Counted from the first letter of the stretch, positions 1 through 13,458 are shown. The stretch is DNA of 64,000 nt from Isurus oxyrinchus (GCA_026770705.1 JANJGN010000153.1:620001-684000); one strand, 5' to 3'. A program made the numbers and translations. Notes: generated by a model from the sequence alone, not told the origin.

Positions 1-120
1 CCCTGTTTTTATTTTCCATTCCTCTCGAAATAAATGACAACATTGCGTTTGTCTTCCTAACTACCGACTCTGCCTTAGGTTAACCCTAAGAGAATCCTGG
101 ACTAGGACTCCCAAGTCCCT
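1..120 (-). mobile_element. CR1-type LINE fragment (RT region), truncated at window edge
   Basis: The sequence ttccattcctctcgaaataaatgacaacattgcgtttgtcttcct...ggactaggactcccaagtccct resembles the antisense of the CR1 RT 3' region (compare the + strand copy at 5900-6760). Confidence 0.55.
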
Positions 121-1021
121 ATTCCTAACTCTGACCTCGTACTGTGCGGCAGGAGCCCCGAGTTCTCCAGAAGCATGAGCGGGAATGCTGGCAGGACTGT
201 GGGACTTTAGTCCTATGAACGCACTGGTGGAGCTGCAATTGCTGGCTGAATGCAGCGAGGGTAAAAGGTCTCATAGTGAAGGTGCTAAAAATTGTGATTG
301 GGCTTAAGAGTTTTAAGAACAACATCGATTCACGAGAAGAAAGATTTGCGAGCCGAGAACAGAGGTATGTTTTTATTTTAATAAATAACCAAAGTGGAGA
401 TAAGGCAGTTTTTATTTTGCAAGGAAAATTGTCATGATCAGTAATTTCCTGCATTAACGGCAGCCAATTCAATTATAGCTTTCAAAAGGAACTTTAATTA
501 AAGCCGTGAGAAAGGGGTTTCCACAGACAATGGGCAGTTGCAGTGACGAGCTGAATTTGGTAGCTCTCCAATTGAACAACTACAGATATAACAACCTAAT
601 AGCCTCCTGCTGTGCAGCAAACTCTGATCCTATCCAAACAGCATCCGCTTGAACTGTGCCTCATCTATCATTTGATATTCATCAGCCTGAACCTCAGAGG
701 CTGAGCCTTATTCATTCCCTGATACAGGAAACAGCAGAGAAACAAGCACAGCTGAGCCTAATTGTGCTGACAATTTGTTTTTCAGACAATTACTCTACAC
801 CTGATCAGCGACCACCTCTGGTTTCAATCCATGGATTACGAGATGGTCAAAGGGTATTCCATTGTAATGCATGACTATTTGTTCCCGGAATGTGGGCTTC
901 ACTTGCACAACCAGAAGGCCTGAGCCTTCACAAGATACTTTGAAAGTACGTTGGGCTAGGCATCATGATTCGCTGCAGTCCTAGCGGTGGAGTGCTCGAC
1001 AATACAGGATGGAAATGAAAC

Positions 1022-1740
1022 AAACATCAAACATTAAACATCAGGACAATGTTCTTACAGAAGGTTCCAGAACATCAGCATTTTGAACATCAGGACAATG
1101 GTAATACAAAAGGTTCCAGTGCATCAACACAATAAACATCAGGGCAAGGATCATACAGAAGGTCCCAGTGCATCAACACATCAAGAATCAGGACATTGAT
1201 CACACAAAAGGTCTAAGTAATCACATTAGATCTGAGGGCAAGGATTATTCAGAAGGTCCAAGTCCGTCAATAGATTAAATAACAGGAGAACGGATCATTC
1301 AGAAGATCCCATTACATCAATACATTGAACATCAGGAGAAGGGGCATTCAGAAGGTCCAAGTGCATCAACACATTAAACATCAGGCCAAGGATCATTCAA
1401 AAGTTCCAATGCATCATCATACTAAATGTCAGGACAAAGATCATTCAGCAGGACCCAGTACATCAACTCGGTGAATATCAGGACAAGGATCATTCAGAAG
1501 GACCCAGTACATCAACACATTGAATATCAGGACAATGATCATTCAGAAGGACCAAGTGCATCAACACGTTAAACATCAGGACAAGGCCCCTACAGGTCTC
1601 AGAGCATCAACACATTGAGCATCAGGGCAAGTAGCATACAGATGGTCCCAGTACAACGATACATTAAACATTAGGACAAGGATCATACAGGAGGTCCCAG
1701 TCCGTAAATACATTGAACTACAGGACAGGGATCATGCTGG
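1022..1740. repeat. Minisatellite, 49-bp unit, ~14-15 diverged copies
   Basis: Unit approx. acattaaacatcaggacaaggatcatacagaaggtcccagtgcatcaac; tcagg recurs at 1041, 1090 and 1139 (period 49). Confidence 0.9.
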
Positions 1741-2244
1741 GATCAACCTGCACAGTGTATAAGAGATAAAGGGTATATTTCAAAATGCTCCATGATATTT
1801 TCTGCTTGCGTTGCGAAATTATACTCTCATCGTTGAGAATAGGGACTACATCCTGTGAAAGAAGTTAGCATTGATTATTTGACCTCGTTCTATATATGCC
1901 ACTTGTGATACTACAAAAGATTTGCATGCCATGCTTTTAAGCATATTGTTGAATCTCTCAGGCTGTCTCTTCCTATCACATGCCCTTTATTCCCTGATTT
2001 GTACTTGAGCATCTAGGTTCAGTTGTTCGAAAGTCATCAGCTTGATTCACGTAATTCGGTTGTTCTGTGCATCCATGATGCATATGTGTGCAGCTGAAAT
2101 TGTATCAGTGATGCCCCGTCCACTTTCTTCAGATGCAGTGGGGCAGGAATGTCGAACGAACTCTGGTCTTCTTGAAGCCAGGTCAACAAGCATTCTGAGA
2201 AAAACCATGGAGATTCAACATATCTGCATTGTACACTGTCCAGG

Positions 2245-4570
2245 TAGCTGGAAACGGACACCCCCTCCTGCTGCTTTCTAGCGTACTGACCTCTACCTCA
2301 TGGAGGCTGAGCATCAACTCGCAGACACTTCCTCCTGCCTCTCCCTGGACCAGTTACCCACCACTGAACATCAATCCATTGTTTCCAGGACGGTCACTGA
2401 CCTATTCCCCTCTGGAGGTCTTCCTCCCACAGCTTCCAAACTGTTAGTCACCCAAAATCGGATGGCCCGCTTCTACCTCCTACCCAAAATCCACAAACAG
2501 GGCTGTCCTGGCAGCCCGATCGTGTTAGCCTGTACCTGCCTCACGGAACTCATTTCTTGTTATCTTGAATACCTTCTTCACCCCTTGTCCAGTCCCTTCC
2601 CACCTACATCCTTGATTCCTCTGACACCTTACGTCACATCAACAATTTCCAGTTCCCTGACCCCAACCGCTTCCTCTTCAAAATGGACGGCCAATCACTC
2701 TGCACCTCCATCACCCACCACTATGTTCTGAGGGATCTCAGCCTCTTCCTCTAACAGAGTCCCAAACAATCCCCATCCACCACTACTCTCCTCCGCCAGG
2801 CTAAACTTGTTCTCACACTGGCAATTTTTCCTTTAACTCCTCTCACTTCCTTCAAATAAAAGGTGTGGCTATGGGTACCCGCATGGTACCCAGCTATGCC
2901 TTTCTCTTTTTGTGGTATGGGGATCACAACTTGTTCCAGTCCTACTCTGGCCCCCTCCCATAACTCTCTCCAGTACATCGATGATTGCTTTGGTGATGCT
3001 TCATGCTCTCGTTGGGACGTGGAAACACCTCTTAATTTTCCTTCCAATCTCCACCCCTCCATAATTTTCACATGGTCCATCTCTAGCACTTCCCCTCCCC
3101 TCCTTGACCTTTCTGTCTAATGTTGGTGATAGACTGTCCACCAATATCCATTACAAGCCTTCCGACTCCCACAGCTAGCTCGACTACTGCTCCAAACACG
3201 CCACGTCCTGTAAGGAAGCCATCCCATTCTCTCAGTTCCTTCACCGCCGTCACATCTGTCCTGATGATGCTACCTTCAAAAACAGTTCCTCTGACATGTC
3301 CTCCTTCTTCCTTAACCGAGCTTTTCCACCCACGGTGGTTGACAGGGCCCTCAACCGTGTCCGGTCCATCTCCAGGACATCCGCCCTCACGCCTTCTCCT
3401 CCCCCCCAGAAACATGATAGGGTCCCCCTTGTCCTCACTTATCACCCCACCAGCCTCCGCATTCAATGGATTGTCGTCCACCATTTATGCCAACTCCAGC
3501 ATGATGCTCCCACCAAAAACATGTTCCCTACAGCCCGCCCTCGGTGGCACTCTACAGGGATCTTTCCCTCCGTGAAACCCTGGTCCACTCCTCCATCACC
3601 CCTTACTCCTCAACACCCACCTACTGTACCTCTCCATTCATACCCAAATATGCAACACCTGCCCCCTCTCTTCCTCACTCCTCACCGTCCAAGGGCCCAA
3701 ACACTCCTTTTAATTGAAGCAGCAAATCACTTGCATTTCCCCCAACTTACTCTACTGTATTTGTTGCTCCCAATGCGGTTTACTCTACATTGGAGAGACC
3801 AAACACAGACTGGGCAACAACTTTTGTAGAATACCTTCGGTCTGTCAGCAAGAATGACCCAGACCTCCCTGTCGCTTGCCATTTTAACAATCCACCCTGC
3901 TCTCTTGCCCGCATGTCTGTCCTTGGCTTCTGCCTTTTTCCAGTGAAGCTCTATGCAAACTGGAGGAACAACACCTCATCTTCCGACTAGGCACTTTACA
4001 GACTTCCGCACTGAATATTGAGTTCAACAACTATAGATCTTTAACTTCCTCCTCCATCCCCACCCCTTCCTGTTTCTTCCCCCTCCCTTTTGTTTTTTCC
4101 AACGATTTAGATAGATTTTCCTTTTCCCACCTTTTTCCATTAGTTTTAAATCTTTACCTTTTATGCCCTTTTAGTCTTATTTCACCCCACCCCCACTGGA
4201 GCTATCTGTACCTTGCGTGTCCTGCAACAGATTCTTAATTGGCACATTCTTTTAGATAATATCACCACCATCAACATTTCTTTGTTCTTTTGTCTGTGAA
4301 TACTTTTGGTTATCTGCTGCTATCACTGCTTGCTTGTCCCTTCAACCACACCCCTGCCAACTGTTCCCCCCACAACTCCCCTCCCCAACTTAAACCAGAT
4401 AATATTTCACCCCGTTACTATTTTTACTTAGTTCTGTTGAATGGTCATGACGACTCGAAACAGCAATTTTGTTCTTCTCCGCCGATGCTTCCAGACCTGC
4501 TGAGGTTTTCCTGGTATTTCTGTTTCTGTTTTGGATTGCCAGCATCTGCAGTTTTTTTTTTTTGTTTTTA
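2245..4570 (+). mobile_element. Penelope-like retroelement (RT + GIY-YIG endonuclease), 5'-truncated and frameshifted, with 3' terminal repeat
   Basis: ORF pieces: ARFYLLPKIHKQGCPGSPIV (2300-2731); QIKGVAMGT-like at ~2853-2880; QYIDDCFG catalytic motif (~2971-2995); DRVPLVLTYHP (3296-3829); YCICCSQCGLLYIGETK GIY-YIG signature at ~3753-3803; LPVACHFN. The 3' tail has a hammerhead-like motif and ends in cagcatctgcagttttt. Confidence 0.9.
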
Positions 4571-4699
4571 TCTCCTCCTAACTGGCCCTGACATCTCAAC
4601 TCTAAACTGGACAATTGTGAACTGAAGGATGCAAAAAATGCTTCATCAGGAGGCTAAAAAGGGACGTTCGTAGGGTAAGTGGACCTGATAGTGGCGCAC

Positions 4700-5530
4700 C
4701 AGATTATGAGGGTGCTACGGAACTGCCAGTGATGACGGTTGAGTTGTTAAAATCACGAAGGGAAACTTGAAACAATGTCACAACCCATTTTTGCAATTCG
4801 CATTTTTCGAGCTGCAGGCTTTGAATACAGAAATAATGACAACACTGCCGCTATAGATTTTTTTTGTAATAAAACTAAGTTAAACATTTATTAATACAAG
4901 AATATGTATAAGACCAAACCTATGACTGCAAATTTGCTACTCCAATAACTCAGAAATTCCCCCTACTAACCTGACTCTCAGTTAGACCCCTGCTAAGGCA
5001 AGAGGAAAAACACACGGACAGCCACATTCATAATGATTTCCCTTCAGGTCTGGGGCCTTGCAGACAGATGTGAGGTTCTCAGCTTGGAGGTTTTAGATCT
5101 TAGAAGCCCTCCTGATTGTCCTACAATCACTGCATTCTTTGCACATGTTTTCCTCTTTGAATACGATGTATCATTGTAACTACAATATATTAACTTTAAC
5201 CTTCTAACAATAAAACCCTCCCATGATACTTAATTTACTAAGAAGCTTTGAAAAAAATAATTTTCTGAACCTCAGCTGTTTAGGCATAAAATGTCAGCAG
5301 CTCTATTGAATACCAGCTTTAAGAATGCAAATTGCCCCATTGAACTTTCATCTTCTACTTTCCTGTATTTATTTAATTACCCTTTCATAGTTACGTCTCT
5401 TATATACGCCATGGCCTCTAGACCAGCTGTTTTTAACCGAAATGAGACACACACAAACGCACACACACACGCACACTCATAGACATAGATGTCAGAATAC
5501 TATATGCTCAAATAATTTCCAATAACATTA
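4700..5530 (-). mobile_element. LTR-like repeat (Gypsy-type solo LTR), copy 1
   Basis: Aligns by eye with 11200-12070 (aagggaaacttgaaacaa/gagggacacttgaaacaa, acccatttttgcaa, ttcgagctgcagg, gcctctagaccagctg). The reverse complement matches 52468-53190, which precedes Gypsy gag/protease sequence. Confidence 0.6.
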
Positions 5531-5539
5531 TAGACATAA

Positions 5540-6765
5540 TTATATTTTTGACAAGGGGCAGAGAGAGGTTAGATAGGGGAACACTTTTTACACCAGTAGA
5601 AGCGTCAATAACCAAGGCACATTGGTTTATGTTAAGAGGTAGAAGGCTGCGAGGGGAGTTGAGGTGATGATTGTCTTCATCGGAGAGTGGTGGGAGTTTA
5701 CAACACATTACCTGAAAGAATGAGTTATAATTGTGTAACATTTATGAAGTATTTAGATATTCATTTGAATTGCCATATCTTTCAGGGTTATGGGCCAATG
5801 TCTGGAGAATGTGATTAGTGCAGCCAGATCTTTGCTGACCGGCACGGACATGTTGGGTGGAATGTCCTCCTTCTGTACTGGAAACGCCTATGAACCAATT
5901 AGACTAAATATGTGAACATACATATCATTATCTCCATTATAATGTGGGCAAAAGTGACATTGTCCACTTTGCCTGTAATTTGTTTTTAAAAAGCTAGTCT
6001 CTAAATGGTGGGAAATTGCTACTCTGAGATTCAGAGCGGTCCAGTTTTAGTAGTGGATGAAAAACAAAATTCCCTTTGCAAGTACCGCAAGTAATTAACA
6101 AAGACAACAGAATGTCATCGAGTAATATGAGGAGAAATTGATACAAAAAGGAAGGGAGGATATGCTTCCGTTGTACAGGGCACTGGTGAGGCCATTTATC
6201 GTGTATTTTGTACCGTACTGGAGTCCTTATTTCATGAAAAAATGATGTAAATAGGTTGGAAGGATTTCAGATTGGATTTATCAGACTAATACCTGGAAAG
6301 GCCCTGTTGAACTATGAGGAAAGGCTGGATAGGTGAGGCGTGTGTCCAGTGGAAATTAGAAGATTAAGAGGTGACATCATTGAGACATTCAAGATCCTGA
6401 GCGGCCATCGCAGGGTCGATGTGAAGAGGATGTTTCCTCTTGTTGGAGGATCGAGAACAAGTGTCACTGTTTAAAAATAAAGGTTCCTTTATATCAAAGG
6501 GGAATGAGAATGTTCTTGTTTAATGCCAAACAATCGTATGTCTTTGAAGTGCTCCACCTTAAAAGGTGGTGGAAACAGAGTCTTTGGAAATTTTTGAGGG
6601 AGGGGTAGATAGATTCTTGACTAAGAAGGGAGGTGAAAGGTTTTCGTAAGTAGGCAGGACTGTCTGGTGGAGGTAACACTCAGGTCATCCGTGATCTTAT
6701 TGAAAGATGCAGCACTCTTGAGGAGCCTTGTGCCCCATGCTGCTCCAAATTCCTATGTTCATATG
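5540..6765 (+). mobile_element. Two adjacent CR1 LINE 3' fragments (5540-5895; 5900-6765)
   Basis: Decayed CR1 RT C-terminus (LYRALVRP.L.Y...YWSPY; RRLRGDIIETFKILSG) followed by typical 3' UTRs ending in cctccttctgtactg and tgctccaaattcctatgttc. Confidence 0.8.
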
Positions 6766-8029
6766 TTGATAAAATGTGCTGACTGTTCCTTGAAATGTTG
6801 CTGCATTGACCTTAAAGGCTGGGATACTTGTTACCAATCATTCTGAATTGCCACCAGGTGTCAGTGGGAATCCTTCAAGTCTCGGGTTCCAATGCCTTAA
6901 TGATGCGCCAGATAATGGAATACTCAAAAGCTACATTTCTGTTTCGCTTGATATGGATTGTCAACATGTGTTAAAGACGTGTGGGTCGAGAATGGGCCTC
7001 TTCATGTCACATGAAGACACTTCGGAGAAAATACATACTCTGAGAGAACTTTGCCCTTGAATTGAAGGACAGTGAGTGAAGAGCAGTGTGGAGAGCGATG
7101 CTAAGGTTGGAGTACCGAATGCCAGTATATGAGACATCGATAACTAGAGGAGCATGACCCCAGATTCTTCCTAATAATAGTACACTTGATATGAGGAATT
7201 TTTTGTTCATGTAGCGAATGAGTGGCATAACAGATGCGCAGCCTGATAGGTTATTGGTTATTGCCTCTCTATCTCTCTCTCTCGATCTCGATCTCTCCCT
7301 CTCTCTATGTCTTTCTCGAATACGTTTAAGACAACATCCTTGCTTTTGGGCTCCATGTGCCAATTCATGAAGGTAAGGACACTGCGTAATGTAAAACCCA
7401 CTCGCTCAGCCTGAGTGACAGATATACGCGCTGTGATCCCTCTGCTCCAAAATTCCCTTAGAATTCCAAACTTTAATGTTTCTCTGTGGCCTTCGTTTCT
7501 AACATGAATCAATTCTCACTTTTCTGCATGAAATGTCATCTATCACCTGTCTGCCCATTCCACGAATGTCTCTGCCCTTTGGAATTTCCCCATGATCTTC
7601 ATCACAGTTACATTCTACTTGTCTAAAAACAATAAACATACATTCACCACGGAACTATCTTTCCTGTCACTCAGGCTGTTGGCATCCATTTGCTCTTTCT
7701 TCTTTTTCCATGAGCTGCAACTTTCAAAGATGTGTGACACTTAGCACAGGCCTTTCAGCGGCCCATGTACACAACATCAACAACATTACCCTCATACACC
7801 ATTTTTGTCACCTCAGCTGAAAACTGCAGCAAGCTTGATAACACAGTTTTTCCTAAACCAATCCCTGCTGGCTTTCGTATATTGACTTGCCTTGTTACTT
7901 GTTATTCAATATGTCCCTCAGCATCCTTTGTGGAATCGTTCCCACCACTGGGGATAAATTGACTGCGCAGTACTTGATAAGTAATATTTGCACATTTTTT
8001 TGAACAAGGGTCAAATTTATAGGCATTTG

Positions 8030-8420
8030 ATTTAGAAGGAAGGTTAGGCAATTCGGCCCATTTGAGACTGCTCTACTGCTGATACCCTAGGACACTCTAG
8101 TCAGTGAAGAATTATCTACCTCTGCATAAAGATTGTTCAATGGCCCTTCCAGCAGAACTGTCTGAGGAAGGAGTTCAAAGAATCACAATCCCATAGAGAG
8201 AAACATTAAACCTCATCTCCGTCCAAAATGGGCGACCACATTTTTTGAATCTGTGTCTATTAGCTCTAATCTCGCACAGTACGTGACCATCCTCCCAGCA
8301 TCCAGCATTTAACCCACCCCGCTCCCCCTTAGAATTGTATAAGTTTCAATGAGATATGGTCCCATTTTTCTAAATCCCAGAGGATAAAGACCCAGTCTGT
8401 CTCGTCATTAACATTTGCAA
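8030..8420 (-). mobile_element. CR1 LINE 3' fragment
   Basis: Antisense CR1 3' end (ggcaattcggccc..., gagttcaaagaatcacaatccc..., cctcatctccgtccaaaatgggcg). Confidence 0.6.
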
Positions 8421-8799
8421 ATCACCTGGAAACACTTCTCTATCAAAGTGAAGGTAGCCTAGCTAAGACCTTCTCCTTATTAATGTTCCTTGGTAAGGAC
8501 AGATGGTAATCATTTAATATACTAGGAATGCCTCATGTAACCGTGAGTAATGTTTCTTTTTTGCCCATCATCAGCGCCACTCCTAGTATGACTCTTTTTC
8601 CATTTGTATGCAGTATTTGAGATTCCCTTTTATATTAACGAATGCTCATATTTTTAGACATCGTAGCTGACCTCTCTTAGTTGCTTCTTCAATCCACAAC
8701 CTCTCCTTTCACTCGTTCGACCACCGCCACCAGCAACGCGCCCCAAGCCCCCAACCCACCGCCCCCACCTCGCATATCACCAACAATTCCAAATTAAGT

Positions 8800-10450
8800 C
8801 TGTATGACTTTTGCATTGTCTGTCTGATATCTGTTGTTCAGCAAGCTTTTCCGTCATCACCTCTATCGACTGTTTCCTTTCTGCTACAGCAGCCTCTGGA
8901 TTTTTTCCCCAAATGAGTTTGCTGGCCTGAATGGGGCTGTCCCAGCAGCTGAGCGGGGGAAAGGGAGTAAGGTGCCAAGTGCACATAGGGATGGATTCCC
9001 TTATACTTTGTAGACCAATTGAGAGCGAGGTGTTCTACAAAGCTCATCACGGGATGCAGGATCTAGTAGTCGCCATCAACTTAGCACCCTCGGGTCCCAA
9101 ACTTTTCGTGACCCTGTTAAACAGTGTTTGACGTCAGACGCACCCTGACCGACAATCTAATCTGTGGAGGGTTTTGGTCGAATTGAAGAATGCTCACGGG
9201 ACTGAGAGAGTAGTGGCTGCAGAGGAGACAATGTTTTGCTCTTTGGAGCTTCGGGCAGTTTCAGATAATTGTGGATGTGTGCTCCCTTTTCCTTCCCACG
9301 CATCTTGGAAATGTTCAATTATAGAAGCTTCAACTGCCCAGTGTCTTAAACCTCTGTGCTGCTGGACAGCTGTACTCTGTGCACTCGGTGCGTCTGGACT
9401 GCTGTACAAACAATTGTGTGAACGCTCTAACCCAGTTAAAAATCTGTTCCGAGATGAGAAGCGCGATGCAAAATGACAAGAATCTATGTGCTAAACCTAC
9501 CGCTTTGAATAAGTGACTGAACTGAAACAATGACATGTTTCGAAGTTCCCACCACATTCTATCAAATCCTACAATAACTCTGTAATAAGAAGGCTTCTTT
9601 GTCGGCAACGTTAATTCCAGTATGATGTGCTCTGGAGCAGGTCAGCAGAGAATTAGATCAACAGAAATGATAAACTCAAATTGTAAAACTTCTGATGACA
9701 TTGAAATGGTAGCTTTTTTGTGTTGTATTAATATTAACAGAGGATGGAAGCAAATTTATTGGTATGTACACTCATCCGTTATATAGCCACTGGAGTTCAG
9801 TAACTCCTAATTAATCTCACGAGCCCAGAACACAATGACTGAGAGTGAACATTCCATTGCATCTGGATGGAGAACATCAGCTGACTTCTTGCAGAGGTAC
9901 CAATGCTGAAGTTATCAATGTATAATCATTCCACGCACCAGCCTCACAGCCTATTCTTCCTTCTGACGATGGCAAGAGGCAGTTATGCAGACGATACTAC
10001 AAAAATCATGATAGCTTTAATCGAAAACGAATGGAACAACCACTGTTGAAATGTAAGCACATTGTCTACGAAATAGGCTATAATCTGTTCCGAAAAAGAG
10101 CAAATAGGGATGTGCAACAATTCACTCCATCCAATGAAAAGGGTTATATGTACTTTAATATCATGAAGAAAAGGGTGGTAAAAGGAGATTGGGGATATTT
10201 AAAGTTGGCAATCCAGCTTTTAAAAAAAAAAGATTAGAACACCAAGTATGCCCAGGGAACAAAGCCACGCGGCCAAACTGAAACACCAGACAATGCCTTC
10301 AGCTGGAATCATTACACCACCTAGGCCAAGGTAATTTTTTTTAAAAAAGCTGCCCACCTATTGCAGCAGCTGCAATGAAACCAAGGTCTGCATTAGAGAT
10401 GACAATTGGATCCCGACTGCGTCATTCCCTTTAGCACATCTCAATTTATC
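8800..10450 (+). mobile_element. Highly decayed DDE-transposase-like fossil (DUF6729-type, possibly Dada superfamily)
   Basis: Short motifs in the order I recall for this family, across frames: VDQLRAR (~9010), STLG, E*WLQRRQC (~9207), FH.HL...GTSA (~9850-9882), YTT*, YCSSCNE zinc-finger start (~10360). No intact ORF. Confidence 0.35.
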
Positions 10451-10619
10451 TTCATTAATTAAAATGACTCATTTGCCGGACTTGAGTCCAAAATCTTTTT
10501 TATACTCAGAGAGCAAATGGAAAATGAAAAATCCGATCACAAAAAATAACTTCTAGAGACTTAATAATTGGAAAAGGGAGAAAGTTTCACTTTTCATTGA
10601 TTTTTTAAATATTTTTCAT

Positions 10620-10970
10620 GAGATGGGGAGGCCAGTATTTGTTGTTCAATGCCTTGAACTGCATGGCTTGTTCGGCCATTTCAGAGGGCAGTTTAGAGTC
10701 GACCCCGTTGCTGCAGGTTTGGAGGCACAGGCAGGCGAGGGCAGGAAAGGAAACCCGATTTCCTTCCCTGACTATATCAGTGAACGAAAAATGATTTTAC
10801 TCACAATAAGTTACAGTTGCAAGGCCGCTATTGCTGGTACGAGCTTTAAATTCAAGATATATTATGGAACATAAATTCCACCAGCTGCCTTACTAGAATT
10901 TGAACGCATGTTCCCAGAGAACTAGATTGCATCATTAGTCCAGTGGTACTAACACAAAGGCACTGTCTCT
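10620..10970 (-). mobile_element. Shark tRNA-derived SINE (HE1-like)
   Basis: Shares blocks with the other copies (ggccatttcagagggcagtt, gatttccttccct, ttccaccagctgc, gaatttgaac). The antisense B-box lies near the right end. Confidence 0.7.
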
Positions 10971-11199
10971 CTTTGCCCTGCTGCCTGAAGTCATCACTGG
11001 GCTAAGTGCCTCCAATTTTAAGATTGTTGCCTTTTGTCCTTCATTACAACAAAAAAAAAATCATTTCTCTCTTTCCTTCACTGTCAGCATCTCTAACGAA
11101 CAAAATCAGTTGAACATGATTAGCCATTATTCTGTAATCATGCAGGGGACGGAAGAAGTGACGATGCACCGATCCCAAAAAAAAGGAATCATTTCCTCC

Positions 11200-12070
11200 A
11201 GGGATTACGACACAGCCAATGGCAAAGTCTGAGTTGCTCAAATTCAAGAGGGACACTTGAAACAACTATCATCACCCATTTTTGCAAATTGTATGTTTCG
11301 AGTTGCAGGTTTTGAATTCAGTAGCAATAAGTCCACCAATTACCAATAGCATTGTTAAACAAACTTAATTAAGCATGTATTAATGCAATTAAAATCATAA
11401 GCACATACACATGTCAACACAATTACCATTATATTAACGCCATAAATCCTCCAATTAATCTTATTGTCAGTTAACTCCCGACCAGTAAATCTCGTAGATA
11501 TAAAGCGGGATCTGGCAGAGCACACGCTGGACAGTGACACTGAAGATCAGATTATTTTCAGGGTTGGGCCTTTGCAGATAGGCTTGAGGTTTAGTGGCTG
11601 GAGGCTTCTCAAACCTGATGGATCTTAAAATGTGTGTAGCTTACACATGCTCTATTTCGTCCTTTATACCTATCTTTCTCATTGAATGTAAATGTTCCAT
11701 TGTATGACTAGGTTTTTAACCATAACCCCTTCAAAAAATAACATCATATGATTCCATAAATTTTAGAGTTAAGCTAAAAAAGAATAAAATATTTTCTTGG
11801 CATCTTCTGGCTAGGTGTAGGATTTCACTCATTCTTTGGAGCATTTTATTCAAAAAGGCAAATTGCCACAATTAACAAATATGTTTCTAAATTTCACCAT
11901 GTTTATCTAGTTACCATTTCAAATTTGCTCCTTTCGATTCAACAAAGCCTCTAGACCAGCTGACTTTGATCCAATTCGCCATACACAGACACGCGCACAG
12001 ACACAGGCACCACTCAGCTCTAATTTTAAAAATATAATAAAATTGCAGACACTAATCTCTTCATGACAAC
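11200..12070 (-). mobile_element. LTR-like repeat, copy 2
   Basis: Homologous to 4700-5530; ends in tcatgaca (TG start on the minus strand). Confidence 0.6.
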
Positions 12071-12779
12071 GGGGATTGTGCTAATGAAGCTGTGCTGCGT
12101 CCCATCTAATAACATTCTACCACTTGCTGAGTGAGGACCACAGAACTGAATGCAAAGCTCCTAATGAAGTTGTGGCAAATCTAAATGATACTGAAAGAGA
12201 ACTGACTCACTCATGGTTAAACACAAATTTCTTCCGAAAACTCTCTCAGTTCTCTGAGAATTCCCGAGCATTTGTAGCTGTCAACTGGTCTTCACTGGTG
12301 TGTACATGGACACGTGAATAATTTGTCTCCCAAATAGACTCTGTTCTCTCATCATTAAGAAAATGTTCAGACTGTAACTTATTAGAATCACAGCGGAGGC
12401 CTCACATTCACTCACAATGGACGTCAGTTGCCAGAGTATATTGAAATCCCTATTTGTCTGCTTGGTGTTAAGGATCCTAAACCAACCAACATAATATATT
12501 TGCGTACATTGTTCAGTGCTATCGGCACAACTGTATGTATGAATGCATATGGAATTCAATGCACGGTAAGAATGACGTCCATGTAATGAAAGTGAATTAG
12601 TGATTTGTCGAAAATTATATAACCTGGAAAAGCAGCCAATGTGCACATGTTACTGAGGAGATAACTGAAACATTTTAACTTTGACAGTTTTCCTTTTTAG
12701 GCAGACTGGTCCTCCTGCACCAGACTGTGAGATATTTTGATTTATGGGTTTTTGATATCCACACAAGTCAGTTATCTAT

Positions 12780-13360
12780 TTTTCCCATTCATGTGGGCAT
12801 CGCTGGCTGGGCCATTCCTATTTGCCGTATGGAACGCGGGCCTCACTGGCCATTACAGCTGACATTTAACAGTCAACCATATTGTTGTGGATCTGAATTG
12901 ATAGGCATATCCGACGAGGAAACAGCAGATTGGCTCCCTAAAGGACATTAGTGAATCAGATGAGTTTTTACAACAATGTCATCATTAGACGAGTAAATGC
13001 ATTTTTTTAAATTAAAAAGAAATATCTTCTTCCAAAGTGGGGTTCGAACCCGGATCCCCATGGCCTTAACCTGAGTACCTACCGTGATAAAATAAAAGTA
13101 AATTAGCCTGGATGCTGTAAATCAGAAACAATAACAGAAAATGCTAATATAACTCAACAGGTCTAACAAATTCTTGGAGGGAAGTAAAAAACGAGTTAAC
13201 ATTTAATGCAACAGAGCTTGATCTGACGAAGAGTCATAAGGACTCTATACTCTATTTTTTTCTCTCCACAGATGCTATTAGTCCTGATGAGTCTCTCCAG
13301 CATTTTCTGTTTCTGTCACTTGTAGTGCTAGTCCAATAAAAATATCACTCCACCACTACC
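12780..13360 (-). mobile_element. SINE interrupted by a Penelope-derived inverted insertion (~13088-13318)
   Basis: The SINE body at 12780-13085 (gtgggcatcgctggctgggcc...ctaaaggacattagtgaatcagatg...ggggttcgaaccc) resumes at ~13320 (ctagtccaat...accactacc). The insert has a minus-strand then plus-strand Penelope tail. Confidence 0.7.
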
Positions 13361-13452
13361 TGCACCTACTAACATTTAAATTAATCAAGTTAGTGGTTTA
13401 TTGAGCTGCAATTAATATCCAGAATTCCCCACCCTAGGAGGTCTGTGCTTTG

Positions 13453-13458
13453 TATAAA
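13453..13458 (+). promoter_or_regulatory. Candidate TATA box of GPCR copy A
   Basis: TATAAA followed by caggggg, 83 bp upstream of the exon 1 ATG. A similar TATTTATAcgggg lies upstream of copy B. Confidence 0.4.

Noticed and set aside
786-853. Possible small exon (tttttcag...gtattc)
   Set aside because: Weak donor, no recognisable peptide and no partner exons.
1022-1740. CRISPR-like periodic array
   Set aside because: The whole 49-bp unit repeats with no unique spacers; eukaryotic context and no cas genes. The same applies to the other minisatellites.
4700-12070. Two same-orientation LTR-like copies as the ends of one provirus
   Set aside because: The copies are substantially diverged and no gag/pol lies between them; independent insertions are more likely.
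13030-13060. tRNA gene suggested by ggttcgaacc
   Set aside because: It is the B-box region of a SINE; no cloverleaf is evident.
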